Shown here in pieces: positions 1 through 6,512 of a DNA stretch of 36,691 nucleotides (position 1 is the stretch's first letter; the number at the start of each line of letters is the position of its first letter). A program made the translations under genes and the position numbers. Origin of the DNA: a virus. The notes under the pieces are model-generated. The model had not been told where the DNA came from. It was given only the letters and a program-made list of their open reading frames with translations, and made no database searches. The stretch is from the IMG/VR virus record IMGVR_UViG_3300029203_000014. One strand, 5' to 3'.

Positions 1-93
1 ATGGCAGGGGTAGAAGGATTCGAACCCTCGGCACGCGGTTTTGGAGACCGCTGCTCTACCAACTGAGCTATGCCCCTATGTAAAAAGCCCACA
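1..93. repeat. Left copy of 93-nt terminal direct repeat (tRNA-Trp plus 16 nt of its 5' flank)
   Basis: Compared base by base with 36599-36691: 93/93 identical; the window starts and ends on the repeat, so its true extent cannot be seen. Confidence 0.95.
2..77 (-). tRNA. tRNA-Trp (anticodon CCA), CCA end encoded
   Basis: Reverse complement folds as a cloverleaf: AGGGGCA acceptor, GCTC/GAGC D stem, GCGGT-CTCCAAA-ACCGC anticodon arm, GAGGG-TTCGAAT-CCTTC T arm; one C6-A67 acceptor mismatch. Confidence 0.9.
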
Positions 94-116
94 GTAACCA
101 ACGTGCTGTGGGCTTT
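84..116 (-). terminator. Hairpin with flanking A/T runs between tRNA-Thr and tRNA-Trp
   Basis: AAAGCCCACAG (84-94) pairs with CTGTGGGCTTT (106-116), 11-nt loop; on the minus strand the stem runs into TTTTTA, 6 nt before the tRNA-Trp 5' end. Confidence 0.6.
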
Positions 117-120
117 GCTA

Positions 121-196
<76 letters not shown>

Positions 197-199
197 ATG

Positions 200-276
200 T
201 GGCGACCCGGATCAGGCTCGAACTGACGACCTCTAGCGTGACAGGCTAGCGTTCTAACCAACTGAACTACCGGGCC
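200..276 (-). tRNA. tRNA-Asp (anticodon GTC), CCA end encoded
   Basis: GGCCCGG/CCGGGTC acceptor, GTTC/GAAC D stem, CTAGC-CTGTCAC-GCTAG anticodon arm, GTCAG-TTCGAGC-CTGAT T arm. Confidence 0.92.
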
Positions 277-328
277 AAGCCCTTTCGCGCTTTGCATCAG
301 GCGTTACCTGACCGCTGCAACATGATTG

Positions 329-357
329 ATTATACTGGATTATACCCCAACTGTCAA
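329..357 (-). promoter_or_regulatory. Consensus sigma-70-type promoter of the tRNA operon
   Basis: Minus strand TTGACA (357-352), 17-nt spacer, TATAAT (334-329); A/T-rich UP-like tract upstream (358-385); tRNA-Asp starts about 45 nt downstream. Confidence 0.8.
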
Positions 358-469
358 GCACTTTTTTGATTTTTTTGCCATTTTTCTTGTGTTTCGCGCA
401 TCAGCGTCAATAAAGTTTTGGGCAGGTGCTCTTGTGCTTTCCTCTGCTGACCATGGCCATGCCGCAGCG

Positions 470-780
470 TTAATTTGCAGTTGCTCTTTCCCGACTACAA
501 CATTTTTTGTTACAGCGTTTTGGAAAAAAGCTGGTCAACAGAGCCGTAAAAGGCCCACAACCATATTCTCTTGGCATTTCATCCCGATTGGTAAATGTGC
601 AGAAAGTCGCCGCGTCATCATCGCACAAGGCCACAAGAGCTCTTTCGTTATTTTCAAAATCGTTTGGCTCCATCTTCTCTGCCCCAAAAATGCTGCTGCT
701 TTCCATGGGCAGCCTGCTGCAAAAGCGATGGTTCCATCCCACAGTTCATGGCCGGGTGCCATTACGATAATTTTCTCCAA
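470..780 (-). pseudogene. Small ORF split over two frames at a T5G4 run (possible frameshifted gene)
   Basis: AAGGAGA SD 6 nt before TTG at 780 opens frame A (535-780). Protein-like sequence continues in frame B (470-742). The frames overlap at TTTTTGGGG (682-690). Confidence 0.3.
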
Positions 781-820
781 CTCATTCTCCTTGAAACCCT
801 TCGGATTTTAACGAATCGAA

Positions 821-878
821 CCGCAAACAAAAAGCACAGCAGTTTTTCGATACATCTGTATCACAACTGCTGTGCTTT
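821..878 (-). terminator. Intrinsic terminator of the integrase gene
   Basis: AAAGCACAGCAG (last codons of int, 878-867) pairs with CTGCTGTGCTTT (842-831), followed on the minus strand by TTGTTTG. Confidence 0.7.
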
Positions 879-2507
879 TGGCAGGGGTAGACCGCTGCCG
901 CCCGTATGCGAAAAATTTTGAAGTTCCGAAAACGGCATTGTTTCGATGGCCTTCGGGATGGCAGAGGGGTTCAGCCGGGCGGGGTTCAGGATAATGCGCA
1001 GCCGGCTGCCGCGCGGGCCGTCATCAAACACAACAATTTTATAGATCAGGTCGCGCACGATTACGCGCATTTTTTCGGGTTGCAATTCGCGCAGGTTTAT
1101 GCCGGACCACACGCGGCGCAGTTCATCCACACTGGCGGCGGCTGATTCTGCGCTGATGTCCAGATCGTTGGCCTGGGCCAGCAGGGTCATGCGCTGTTTT
1201 TGCAGGGCGTTGATGCGCTCAATGGCCCCGGCAGCATCCAGGCCGTTTTCGATGGCCTGATACAGGCGGTCGACCTTTTGCTGTATTATGCCGGCTTCCT
1301 GCTTGAGTTCTTTGGCGCGCTCTGCGTTGCGGCCATCCGGCTGCAGGGCTTCCAGCACAGCAACACATAGGGCATCCATATTAACAGGATCCAGCACAAT
1401 ATGTTGAATATAATCAATCACTGCATTCTCTAAGCGGTCAGCGTTGACGCGGTGGGCGTGCGCTCCCCCGTCGTGCTGCCGGTGCTGGGCAGTGCAGCGG
1501 TAGTACCGGTACTCCACCGCCTTGCCGTGGCTGTTGTAGCGGTGCATTTCGCCGGACATGACCCCGCCGCAGCCGCCGCAATATACCAGCCCGGAAAGCA
1601 GGTAGAAAGCCTTTGCCTTGTACTGGGCGTTGCGGTGCTTGCGTTTATCCATTTCGTCCTGCACGGCCTGCCACTGTTCCGTGGGGATGATCTGCGGCAT
1701 GCCATTCTCCACGCAAACCCATTCGTCCCGCGGTTTGAGCCTGCGGCGGCTGGTGCGGCCGTCCACATCGGCGGGGGCCAGGCGATTCCAGATATACAGG
1801 CCGGTGTATTTTTCGTTGCGCAGGATGTCGTACAGGCTGTTTTTGCCGAATGGCTGCCCCCGGCGGGTTACATAGCCCCCAGCGTTAAGGGCATCTATAA
1901 TTTCAGTGTAGCCCGCTCCCTGCTGGTACAGCTTGAAGATCAGCTGCACCGCCTCAGCCTCCCGCGGAACAATGGCATACTGGCCTGTAGATTTATCCAC
2001 CGTATAGCCCAGCGGCGGCGGGCCGCCGGTGGTTCTTGCTGTAAGAGCGTTTTCGCGCAGACCTTTGGCAACCTCCTGCGCCAGATTGGCGCTGTACCAT
2101 TGGTTGATGGCCTTGGTTACATTGCGCATGAACTGGCCTTGCGGAGTGGCGTCAAAGTGTTCCGCCGCGGAAATGACCTGAATGCCCTGCCGGCGCAGCT
2201 GCATTTCGACTACCGTCTGCTGATCCGCGTTGCGGAAAAAGCGGTCCAGCTTGTGCACGATGATGTATTGCACCCCGGCGGCTGCCGCATCGGCCAGCAT
2301 GCGCTGAAACTCCGGGCGTTCACCCCGGCGGCCAGAATTGCCATGGTCCTTATACACCTGTACCAGCTCATACCCTGCCGTGGCGGCAAAGGTGACGATT
2401 GCACGCTGTTGGGCCTCCAGGGATTCCTCGCGCTGCTCATTGGTAGATTTACGGCAGTAGCCGAAAGCCCGCGGGGCTTGCATAAGAGATGGAATTGTAG
2501 CAGACAT
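861..2507 (-). CDS. int: Large serine recombinase (phage integrase)
   Basis: 548 aa. N-terminal resolvase-type domain (FGYCRKSTNEQ...RPEFQRML...IIVHKLDRFFRN), recombinase domain, Cys-rich zinc ribbon (CGGCGG...YYRC) and C-terminal coiled coil. Confidence 0.9.
   Translation of the reverse strand: MSATIPSLMQAPRAFGYCRKSTNEQREESLEAQQRAIVTFAATAGYELVQVYKDHGNSGRRGERPEFQRMLADAAAAGVQYIIVHKLDRFFRNADQQTVVEMQLRRQGIQVISAAEHFDATPQGQFMRNVTKAINQWYSANLAQEVAKGLRENALTARTTGGPPPLGYTVDKSTGQYAIVPREAEAVQLIFKLYQQGAGYTEIIDALNAGGYVTRRGQPFGKNSLYDILRNEKYTGLYIWNRLAPADVDGRTSRRRLKPRDEWVCVENGMPQIIPTEQWQAVQDEMDKRKHRNAQYKAKAFYLLSGLVYCGGCGGVMSGEMHRYNSHGKAVEYRYYRCTAQHRQHDGGAHAHRVNADRLENAVIDYIQHIVLDPVNMDALCVAVLEALQPDGRNAERAKELKQEAGIIQQKVDRLYQAIENGLDAAGAIERINALQKQRMTLLAQANDLDISAESAAASVDELRRVWSGINLRELQPEKMRVIVRDLIYKIVVFDDGPRGSRLRIILNPARLNPSAIPKAIETMPFSELQNFSHTGGSGLPLPKAQQL
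891..914. repeat. 24-nt repeat copy 1 (inside the int 3' coding end)
   Basis: ACCGCTGCCGCCCGTATGCGAAAA; matches 4205-4228 at 23 of 24 positions, same orientation. Confidence 0.95.
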
Positions 2508-2640
2508 GATATTACTCCCTGCCTGCCGGATTTCCCGGCAGGGCTTTTTACGCCATATGCAGCCGTTCTTTCAACGCCTGCCTGCTTCCGGGTGGAAAAC
2601 TCTGTGCGGCGGTCAAGCTCTTTTTTCCCTTGCGAAAAGC

Positions 2641-2672
2641 AAATGCCAGCCATAAAAATATGGCTGGCATTT
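2641..2672 (-). terminator. Terminator downstream of the DUF4177-like gene
   Basis: Perfect 14-bp stem AAATGCCAGCCATA/TATGGCTGGCATTT with AAAA loop, T-rich flank on the minus strand. Confidence 0.7.
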
Positions 2673-2687
2673 GCAAATACTAGTTTA

Positions 2688-2954
2688 TCAGCCCAGCTTT
2701 TCAAATACCATGGTTGCCTGAATACGGTCGCCGCCCATTATGCCTTTGCTGCCGCTGCTTGTGGTGGAGATAGTATGCAGGCGGTATCCCTTGGCTGCCT
2801 GTTCGTTGATGACTTTCTCCAATTCTGTCAGATTGCCGGAACCTGTGCCAATAAATTTTTCTTTCAGGGTAACCTGCAGCACAACATACTGGTAGCTGAT
2901 GCCAGATCCCCTGGAGAACGTAGATTCCTCTTGAATCGTGTCAAAAATGCCCAT
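2688..2954 (-). CDS. DUF4177-like small protein
   Basis: 88 aa; AGGAGG SD. Pattern ...YQYVVLQV...LEKVINEQAAKGYRLHTI...ATMVFEKL resembles the DUF4177 family (recognised by eye). Confidence 0.45.
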   Translation of the reverse strand: MGIFDTIQEESTFSRGSGISYQYVVLQVTLKEKFIGTGSGNLTELEKVINEQAAKGYRLHTISTTSSGSKGIMGGDRIQATMVFEKLG

Positions 2955-2995
2955 GATAAATACCTCCTGCTTTTTATACCGCTATAATAAGCAAA

Positions 2996-3024
2996 AGCCC
3001 CTGCCAACTATTGCGGCAGGGGCT
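2996..3024 (-). terminator. GC hairpin between the repressor and the DUF4177-like gene
   Basis: AGCCCCTGCC/GGCAGGGGCT 10-bp stem, 9-nt loop, followed on the minus strand by CTTTTGCTT. Confidence 0.5.
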
Positions 3025-3120
3025 GCTAAACATAGATACAAACGGGTAAATAATATAATTTACCCGCATTCCCCTTGAATCCTTGTATATAAAGTAGCAC
3101 AAACGGGAAAGAATTGCAAC

Positions 3121-3158
3121 AAAAATACCGCAGTCTGATGTTTGACTGCGGTATTTTT
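3121..3158. terminator. Bidirectional terminator after the repressor gene
   Basis: AAATACCGCAGTC/GACTGCGGTATTT 13-bp stem flanked by A5 and T5 runs, 26 nt past the repressor stop. Confidence 0.75.
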
Positions 3159-3183
3159 GATCAAAATTGCCAGCGCCAGAGGA

Positions 3184-3663
3184 TCAGGTGGCAACTTCGG
3201 CGGCGTTTGGGTCGTTTTCGGTGGTGGCTTGCTGGGCCAGCATTTCGGCTTCACTGCGCTCCACATTGCGGGTCAGCTGCATGACAAAGCGGCTGATAGA
3301 CACCCGCGCGGCGGTATCCATGTTGACATAGGTGCGGATCACCTCACGGCCAATATAGTCCAGATCGTACTTCTGGGCCAGTTGTTCCACCAGGTCGTCC
3401 AGCGCTGGGGCGTTGAACATGGCTTCCGGGCCGCCGGTGCCGTTGCGCAGCCAGTCCTCGTTGACGTCAAAAACACGGCAGATAGAAAGAACGTTTTGAT
3501 CCGTGACCTTGCACAAACCTTTTTCGAGTTTGCTTACCGCAGATTTGCCAATACCTAGCTGCTTTCCGAATTCCTCCAGCGTCATCCCGCGCGCCTTGCG
3601 AACGGCTTTAACGCGATCGTTTATTGTGCTGATATTATCACCTCCCTTCGCGTTTCGTTGCAT
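3184..3663 (-). CDS. XRE-family HTH immunity repressor (CI-like), no S24 peptidase domain
   Basis: 159 aa. HTH VKAVRKARGMTLEEFGKQLGIGKSAVSKLEKG and the NEDWLRNGTG motif typical of Gram-positive phage repressors. Divergent from the early operon. Start codon uncertain (see findings). Confidence 0.85.
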   Translation of the reverse strand: MQRNAKGGDNISTINDRVKAVRKARGMTLEEFGKQLGIGKSAVSKLEKGLCKVTDQNVLSICRVFDVNEDWLRNGTGGPEAMFNAPALDDLVEQLAQKYDLDYIGREVIRTYVNMDTAARVSISRFVMQLTRNVERSEAEMLAQQATTENDPNAAEVAT

Positions 3664-3665
3664 TT

Positions 3666-3694
3666 AGTATAGCACAAAAAGTTGAATAAAGCAA
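3666..3694 (-). promoter_or_regulatory. Repressor-proximal promoter (extended -10)
   Basis: Minus strand TTGCTT (3694-3689), 17 nt, TGCTATACT (3674-3666); the -10 ends only 2 nt before the annotated ATG. Confidence 0.55.
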
Positions 3695-3715
3695 CAAAAA
3701 AATTGAAATTTGGAG

Positions 3716-3744
3716 TTGACAATGTTGAATCAAGATACTATAAT
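3716..3744 (+). promoter_or_regulatory. Consensus early (lytic) promoter
   Basis: TTGACA (3716-3721), exactly 17 nt, TATAAT (3739-3744); points toward the early operon whose first ORF starts at 4261. Confidence 0.8.
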
Positions 3745-3843
3745 AAGGGCATAGGGTAGAACAAAGACACAGCTAAAGAGAATCAAGACACAAGTTGCTG
3801 TGGTATCTACCACTATTATACCCAGAAAGGTTCTTCAAATTCT

Positions 3844-3866
3844 TGCCCTATCTCATGCACAGGGGC
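3844..3866. repeat. Left arm of 23-bp perfect inverted repeat
   Basis: TGCCCTATCTCATGCACAGGGGC; exact reverse complement at 4048-4070 (the outer 3 nt add 2 more matches). Confidence 0.95.
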
Positions 3867-3878
3867 ACCGCCTATTTA

Positions 3879-4013
3879 TCAGTGCTCAGTCTTTTGCAGG
3901 GTATAAGTCATTGTTTTGGGATTACCGGCCCAGTAGGACCAGTAAATCAATTCGTATCCGTCAGTCAAGAGTTGCTTTACTTCGGCAACGGATTTTACAG
4001 TGACTTTTTTCAC
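3879..4013 (-). CDS. 44-aa micro-ORF enclosed by the inverted repeats
   Basis: AAAGGAGGTG SD (4030-4021), 7 nt, GTG 4013. Product MKKVTVKSVAEVKQLLTDGYELIYWSYWAGNPKTMTYTLQKTEH. Weak resemblance to the C-terminal half of the DUF4177-like protein. Confidence 0.55.
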   Translation of the reverse strand: MKKVTVKSVAEVKQLLTDGYELIYWSYWAGNPKTMTYTLQKTEH

Positions 4014-4047
4014 AGCAGCACCTCCTTTCCGTCACGAAAGAGGGTGC

Positions 4048-4070
4048 GCCCCTGTGCATGAGATAGGGCA
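4048..4070. repeat. Right arm of 23-bp perfect inverted repeat
   Basis: GCCCCTGTGCATGAGATAGGGCA = reverse complement of 3844-3866. Confidence 0.95.
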
Positions 4071-4172
4071 GGAGCAAAAAAATTATATGTTAGGAGATCA
4101 ATGCCTTTGCGGTGCGGCCTGGTGCGTGTGCCTGCGCACCATCAGCTATGCACTGCTGGCATTGGTGGGGAG

Positions 4173-4181
4173 ATTATAGCA
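4173..4181 (-). promoter_or_regulatory. Extended -10 promoter candidate facing the early promoter
   Basis: Minus strand TGCTATAAT; weak -35 (TTGTGC, 18-nt spacer); would transcribe leftward through the IR-bracketed micro-ORF. Confidence 0.4.
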
Positions 4182-4204
4182 TGGGGCAGCACAGCGGCAC
4201 AAGA

Positions 4205-4228
4205 ACCGCTGCCACCCGTATGCGAAAA
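4205..4228. repeat. 24-nt repeat copy 2 (early-operon leader)
   Basis: ACCGCTGCCACCCGTATGCGAAAA; 23/24 identical to 891-914. Confidence 0.95.
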
Positions 4229-4260
4229 GCGCCCCGCACAGGGGCAGAAAGGAAAACAGA

Positions 4261-4416
4261 ATGGAAAACACAAAGATGCTTACTAATGAAGAGCTGGCCA
4301 AAGAGCTGGCAAAAATGACCCCGGCGGAACGCGCCCAGGCTATGGCCTATGTGATGGGCCTGGTGGCCGGCAAAGCTCAGGCCAAGGCCGCGGAACCCGC
4401 AGGCGGCGCGGCATGA
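4261..4416 (+). CDS. Hypothetical early protein (51 aa)
   Basis: AAAGGA SD; ATG 4261; stop overlaps the next start (ATGA at 4413-4416); GC3-rich codons. Confidence 0.6.
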   Translation: MENTKMLTNEELAKELAKMTPAERAQAMAYVMGLVAGKAQAKAAEPAGGAA

Positions 4417-4985
4417 CGCCGTTAGAACGCAGCTGGGCCGCTGCCCTGTGCGCCAGTGGGGATGCTGTTGCCAACATGGGCACGGATGCCCTGCGCCTGG
4501 TAGCAACCAAAAAGCCGCAGGACGTTACCAGCGCCGGAATTATGGAGAGCGCCCACAAACTGGCCCGCGCCTGCCGGATCGCTGACGCCACAACCACCAG
4601 CACCCCGGCGGCCCAAAAAGCCGCCGACGCCTATGCGCTGGAAGCTGCCCTGTACGCCGTAGCATATGAAGCTGCACGCCTTGTGCGGTCTGATATGTGG
4701 CGGCTGGTGGCAATGCGGCTGGATGAAGCGCAGGAAGTTGGCACAAGAACGTCTGAATTGCACATCCGGCAGCCGCTGGGCAAGCTGATTATGCGCCGCC
4801 ACCCGCTGGCCGTGCGCGGATCGACCGCCCAGAACCTTGTGGACGAGCTGCTGTACGCCGCGGTAAAGCGCGGCAGGCGGCAGCAGGACTGGGCAAGCGC
4901 GCTGGAAGCCGCTGTGGCCTGCGGCTGCATGATGGACGCTGTGCTGAACTACCCGCCCAGATGGGAGAACCAAGATGGAAAATGA
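4413..4985 (+). CDS. Hypothetical early protein (190 aa)
   Basis: Translationally coupled ORF with phage-typical codon bias; no recognisable domain. Confidence 0.7.
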   Translation: MTPLERSWAAALCASGDAVANMGTDALRLVATKKPQDVTSAGIMESAHKLARACRIADATTTSTPAAQKAADAYALEAALYAVAYEAARLVRSDMWRLVAMRLDEAQEVGTRTSELHIRQPLGKLIMRRHPLAVRGSTAQNLVDELLYAAVKRGRRQQDWASALEAAVACGCMMDAVLNYPPRWENQDGK

Positions 4986-5142
4986 AGAATTTGTGATTGC
5001 GGAGGGCTTTTTGCCGGACGGCACCCCGGTGCTGCCGGGCGCACGCCTGACCGATGAAGCAATACATTGCATTGCCCCCATGCTGGCAGAGCTGTTTGCG
5101 GCGGCACTGGCACGGGAAACCGATAAGAAAAGCGAGGCATGA
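4975..5142 (+). CDS. Hypothetical early protein (55 aa)
   Basis: ATG 4975 overlaps the end of the previous ORF; fills the gap to 5146; MENEEFVIAEGFLPDG... Confidence 0.5.
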   Translation: MENEEFVIAEGFLPDGTPVLPGARLTDEAIHCIAPMLAELFAAALARETDKKSEA

Positions 5143-5145
5143 ACG

Positions 5146-5562
5146 ATGGAAGCCAGAGAATTAAAGGACATGACCGCCGTGCTGCGGTCCATCAATGACG
5201 GCAACCCCAGCAACGCAGAGCGCTGGGTGAACCTGACCCAGCGCGTGATCCGCGCCGAATATCGCGCCAACACGGCAGAGCGAGCTGCCGCCCGCAAAGA
5301 TTGGGAAAAGCAGAATGCCGAAGATGATGCCTGGATGGCCCGCTACCGCGCCGAAGAAGCCAAGCTGGCAGCGCGGCAGGCACAGGAAAATGCAAGCCTG
5401 TGGCGCTGGACTACTGTGGCCATGGCCATTGCACTGGCACTGGCTGTGGCATTTGGCACACACCAGGCGAATGAGGCCGCCCGCTGGCGGTACGAAGCCC
5501 AGGGAATGGGACAAACGGAGATTGTTACCCCGCAGAATCAGAACACGGCGGTGCAGCCATGA
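5146..5562 (+). CDS. Hypothetical membrane-anchored protein (138 aa)
   Basis: Coiled-coil N-terminus, one hydrophobic helix (WTTVAMAIALALAVAFG); ATGA coupling to the next ORF. Confidence 0.7.
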   Translation: MEARELKDMTAVLRSINDGNPSNAERWVNLTQRVIRAEYRANTAERAAARKDWEKQNAEDDAWMARYRAEEAKLAARQAQENASLWRWTTVAMAIALALAVAFGTHQANEAARWRYEAQGMGQTEIVTPQNQNTAVQP

Positions 5563-5849
5563 CGGTGCTGGAATGGCTGCAGGAACTAGAAGAGGAAGAG
5601 CGGATCGTCAAGGTTGGCTGCGTGGACAACACCCTGCGGGGCCTGCGCCGCTGCACCGCCAGAATGGCCGCCGCCAGCTACCTGCACTGGGCCTGCCCGG
5701 AATACCTTGCGCCGCAGCTGGGGCTTGCATTTGAGTGCAAAAGCCCGGCGGTCAACAACGAAAAATTTTGCGAGCGCTGCGCGGCAGCGTTTTTGTCCGC
5801 GCAGATGCCGAACACGGGGAGAGTGAAAAAGCCATGGACGCACCAATGA
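5559..5849 (+). CDS. Hypothetical Cys-containing protein (96 aa)
   Basis: Coupled ORF; no recognisable domain. Confidence 0.6.
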   Translation: MTVLEWLQELEEEERIVKVGCVDNTLRGLRRCTARMAAASYLHWACPEYLAPQLGLAFECKSPAVNNEKFCERCAAAFLSAQMPNTGRVKKPWTHQ

Positions 5850-6088
5850 CGCCGCGGGAGGCCGTGGCCTGGCTGGTGGAAAACACCGCTGCCACCCGCA
5901 AAACCTACTGCATTATACTGCGCAGCACCAACGGCGTACACAACCCCGGCACGCGTGGCATGCTGATCTGCCAGGCGGCAGAGCTGGCAGGCCGCCTGCA
6001 CGCTTACCGGGAAAGCCTGCACCACATGATGCAGGCCGGAATGATACCAGCCGATCTGCTGGACGATGTGAAGGAAGTGCTGAAATAA
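5834..6088 (+). CDS. Hypothetical protein (84 aa)
   Basis: ATG 5834 is in frame within track ORF 5735-6088; the upstream part overlaps the preceding gene, so the internal start is preferred. Confidence 0.55.
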   Translation: MDAPMTPREAVAWLVENTAATRKTYCIILRSTNGVHNPGTRGMLICQAAELAGRLHAYRESLHHMMQAGMIPADLLDDVKEVLK

Positions 6089-6246
6089 TGATTTACTATC
6101 TTATTACTGCCGGGGTTGTGGCCCTGGGGCTGCTGGCTACCTGGACCAGTGGCCGGGATGTGGGCTACCGCAATGCCATGCGGGATGCAGAACGGCTGCA
6201 CGATGATGATGCTGTATTCCGCCCCGGCAAAGGCGGCCGCCAATGA
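6088..6246 (+). CDS. Small membrane protein (52 aa)
   Basis: TAATG overlap with the previous stop; N-terminal TM helix MIYYLITAGVVALGLLATW; ATGA overlap with the next ORF. Confidence 0.55.
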   Translation: MIYYLITAGVVALGLLATWTSGRDVGYRNAMRDAERLHDDDAVFRPGKGGRQ

Positions 6247-6512
6247 CGGCGGAGGAACGCGCAGCCCTGATTGACCGGCTGGCCCCGCTGATCATTGAGG
6301 AGCGCCGCAAGGCCGCAGAGCAGAATCCCAAGCGCCCGCCCTGGTACATGACGAACATTGCCCACCCCGTGATGGGCTGGCTGTACAACCAGTACCTGGC
6401 CAAGCTGGGCGAGGTAAGTCCGCCCGGCGATGCCTGCCGCACCCGGTTTGAGCTATCCATATTGCACCCGGCTGTGCTGAAAAAGCTGGCCGAGCACTAC
6501 AAGATCCAATAA
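6243..6512 (+). CDS. Hypothetical protein (89 aa)
   Basis: Coupled ORF, followed by a GC hairpin at 6513-6528. Confidence 0.65.
   Translation: MTAEERAALIDRLAPLIIEERRKAAEQNPKRPPWYMTNIAHPVMGWLYNQYLAKLGEVSPPGDACRTRFELSILHPAVLKKLAEHYKIQ

Noticed and set aside
326-811. 161-aa plus-strand ORF between the tRNAs and the integrase
   Set aside because: It runs through the tRNA promoter, has no SD and is implausibly Phe/Ser/Cys-rich. The minus-strand frames look more protein-like.
2521-2549. Hairpin CCTGCCGG-ATTTC-CCGGCAGG plus T5 upstream of the integrase start, considered as a plus-strand terminator
   Set aside because: No plus-strand gene ends here. On the minus strand it lies in the int 5' leader next to the SD and may affect translation, but with a stem of only 8 bp no firm claim is made.
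1452-2987. 511-aa plus-strand ORF covering the integrase region
   Set aside because: It is antisense to a well-supported serine recombinase gene, its product is low-complexity and Ala/Gly/Arg/Val-rich, and it has no SD. This is a typical shadow ORF in GC-rich DNA.
3184-3663. LexA-like self-cleaving (S24 peptidase) repressor
   Set aside because: The C-terminal half has no Ala-Gly/Ser...Lys peptidase signature, so RecA-mediated autocleavage is not supported. The induction route is unknown.
4101-4506. ORFs 4101-4286 (+) and 4174-4506 (-) in or over the early leader
   Set aside because: Neither has an SD and both have Arg/Pro/Cys/His-rich composition. The minus-strand ORF is antisense to the coupled early genes. 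The region is better explained by regulatory repeats.
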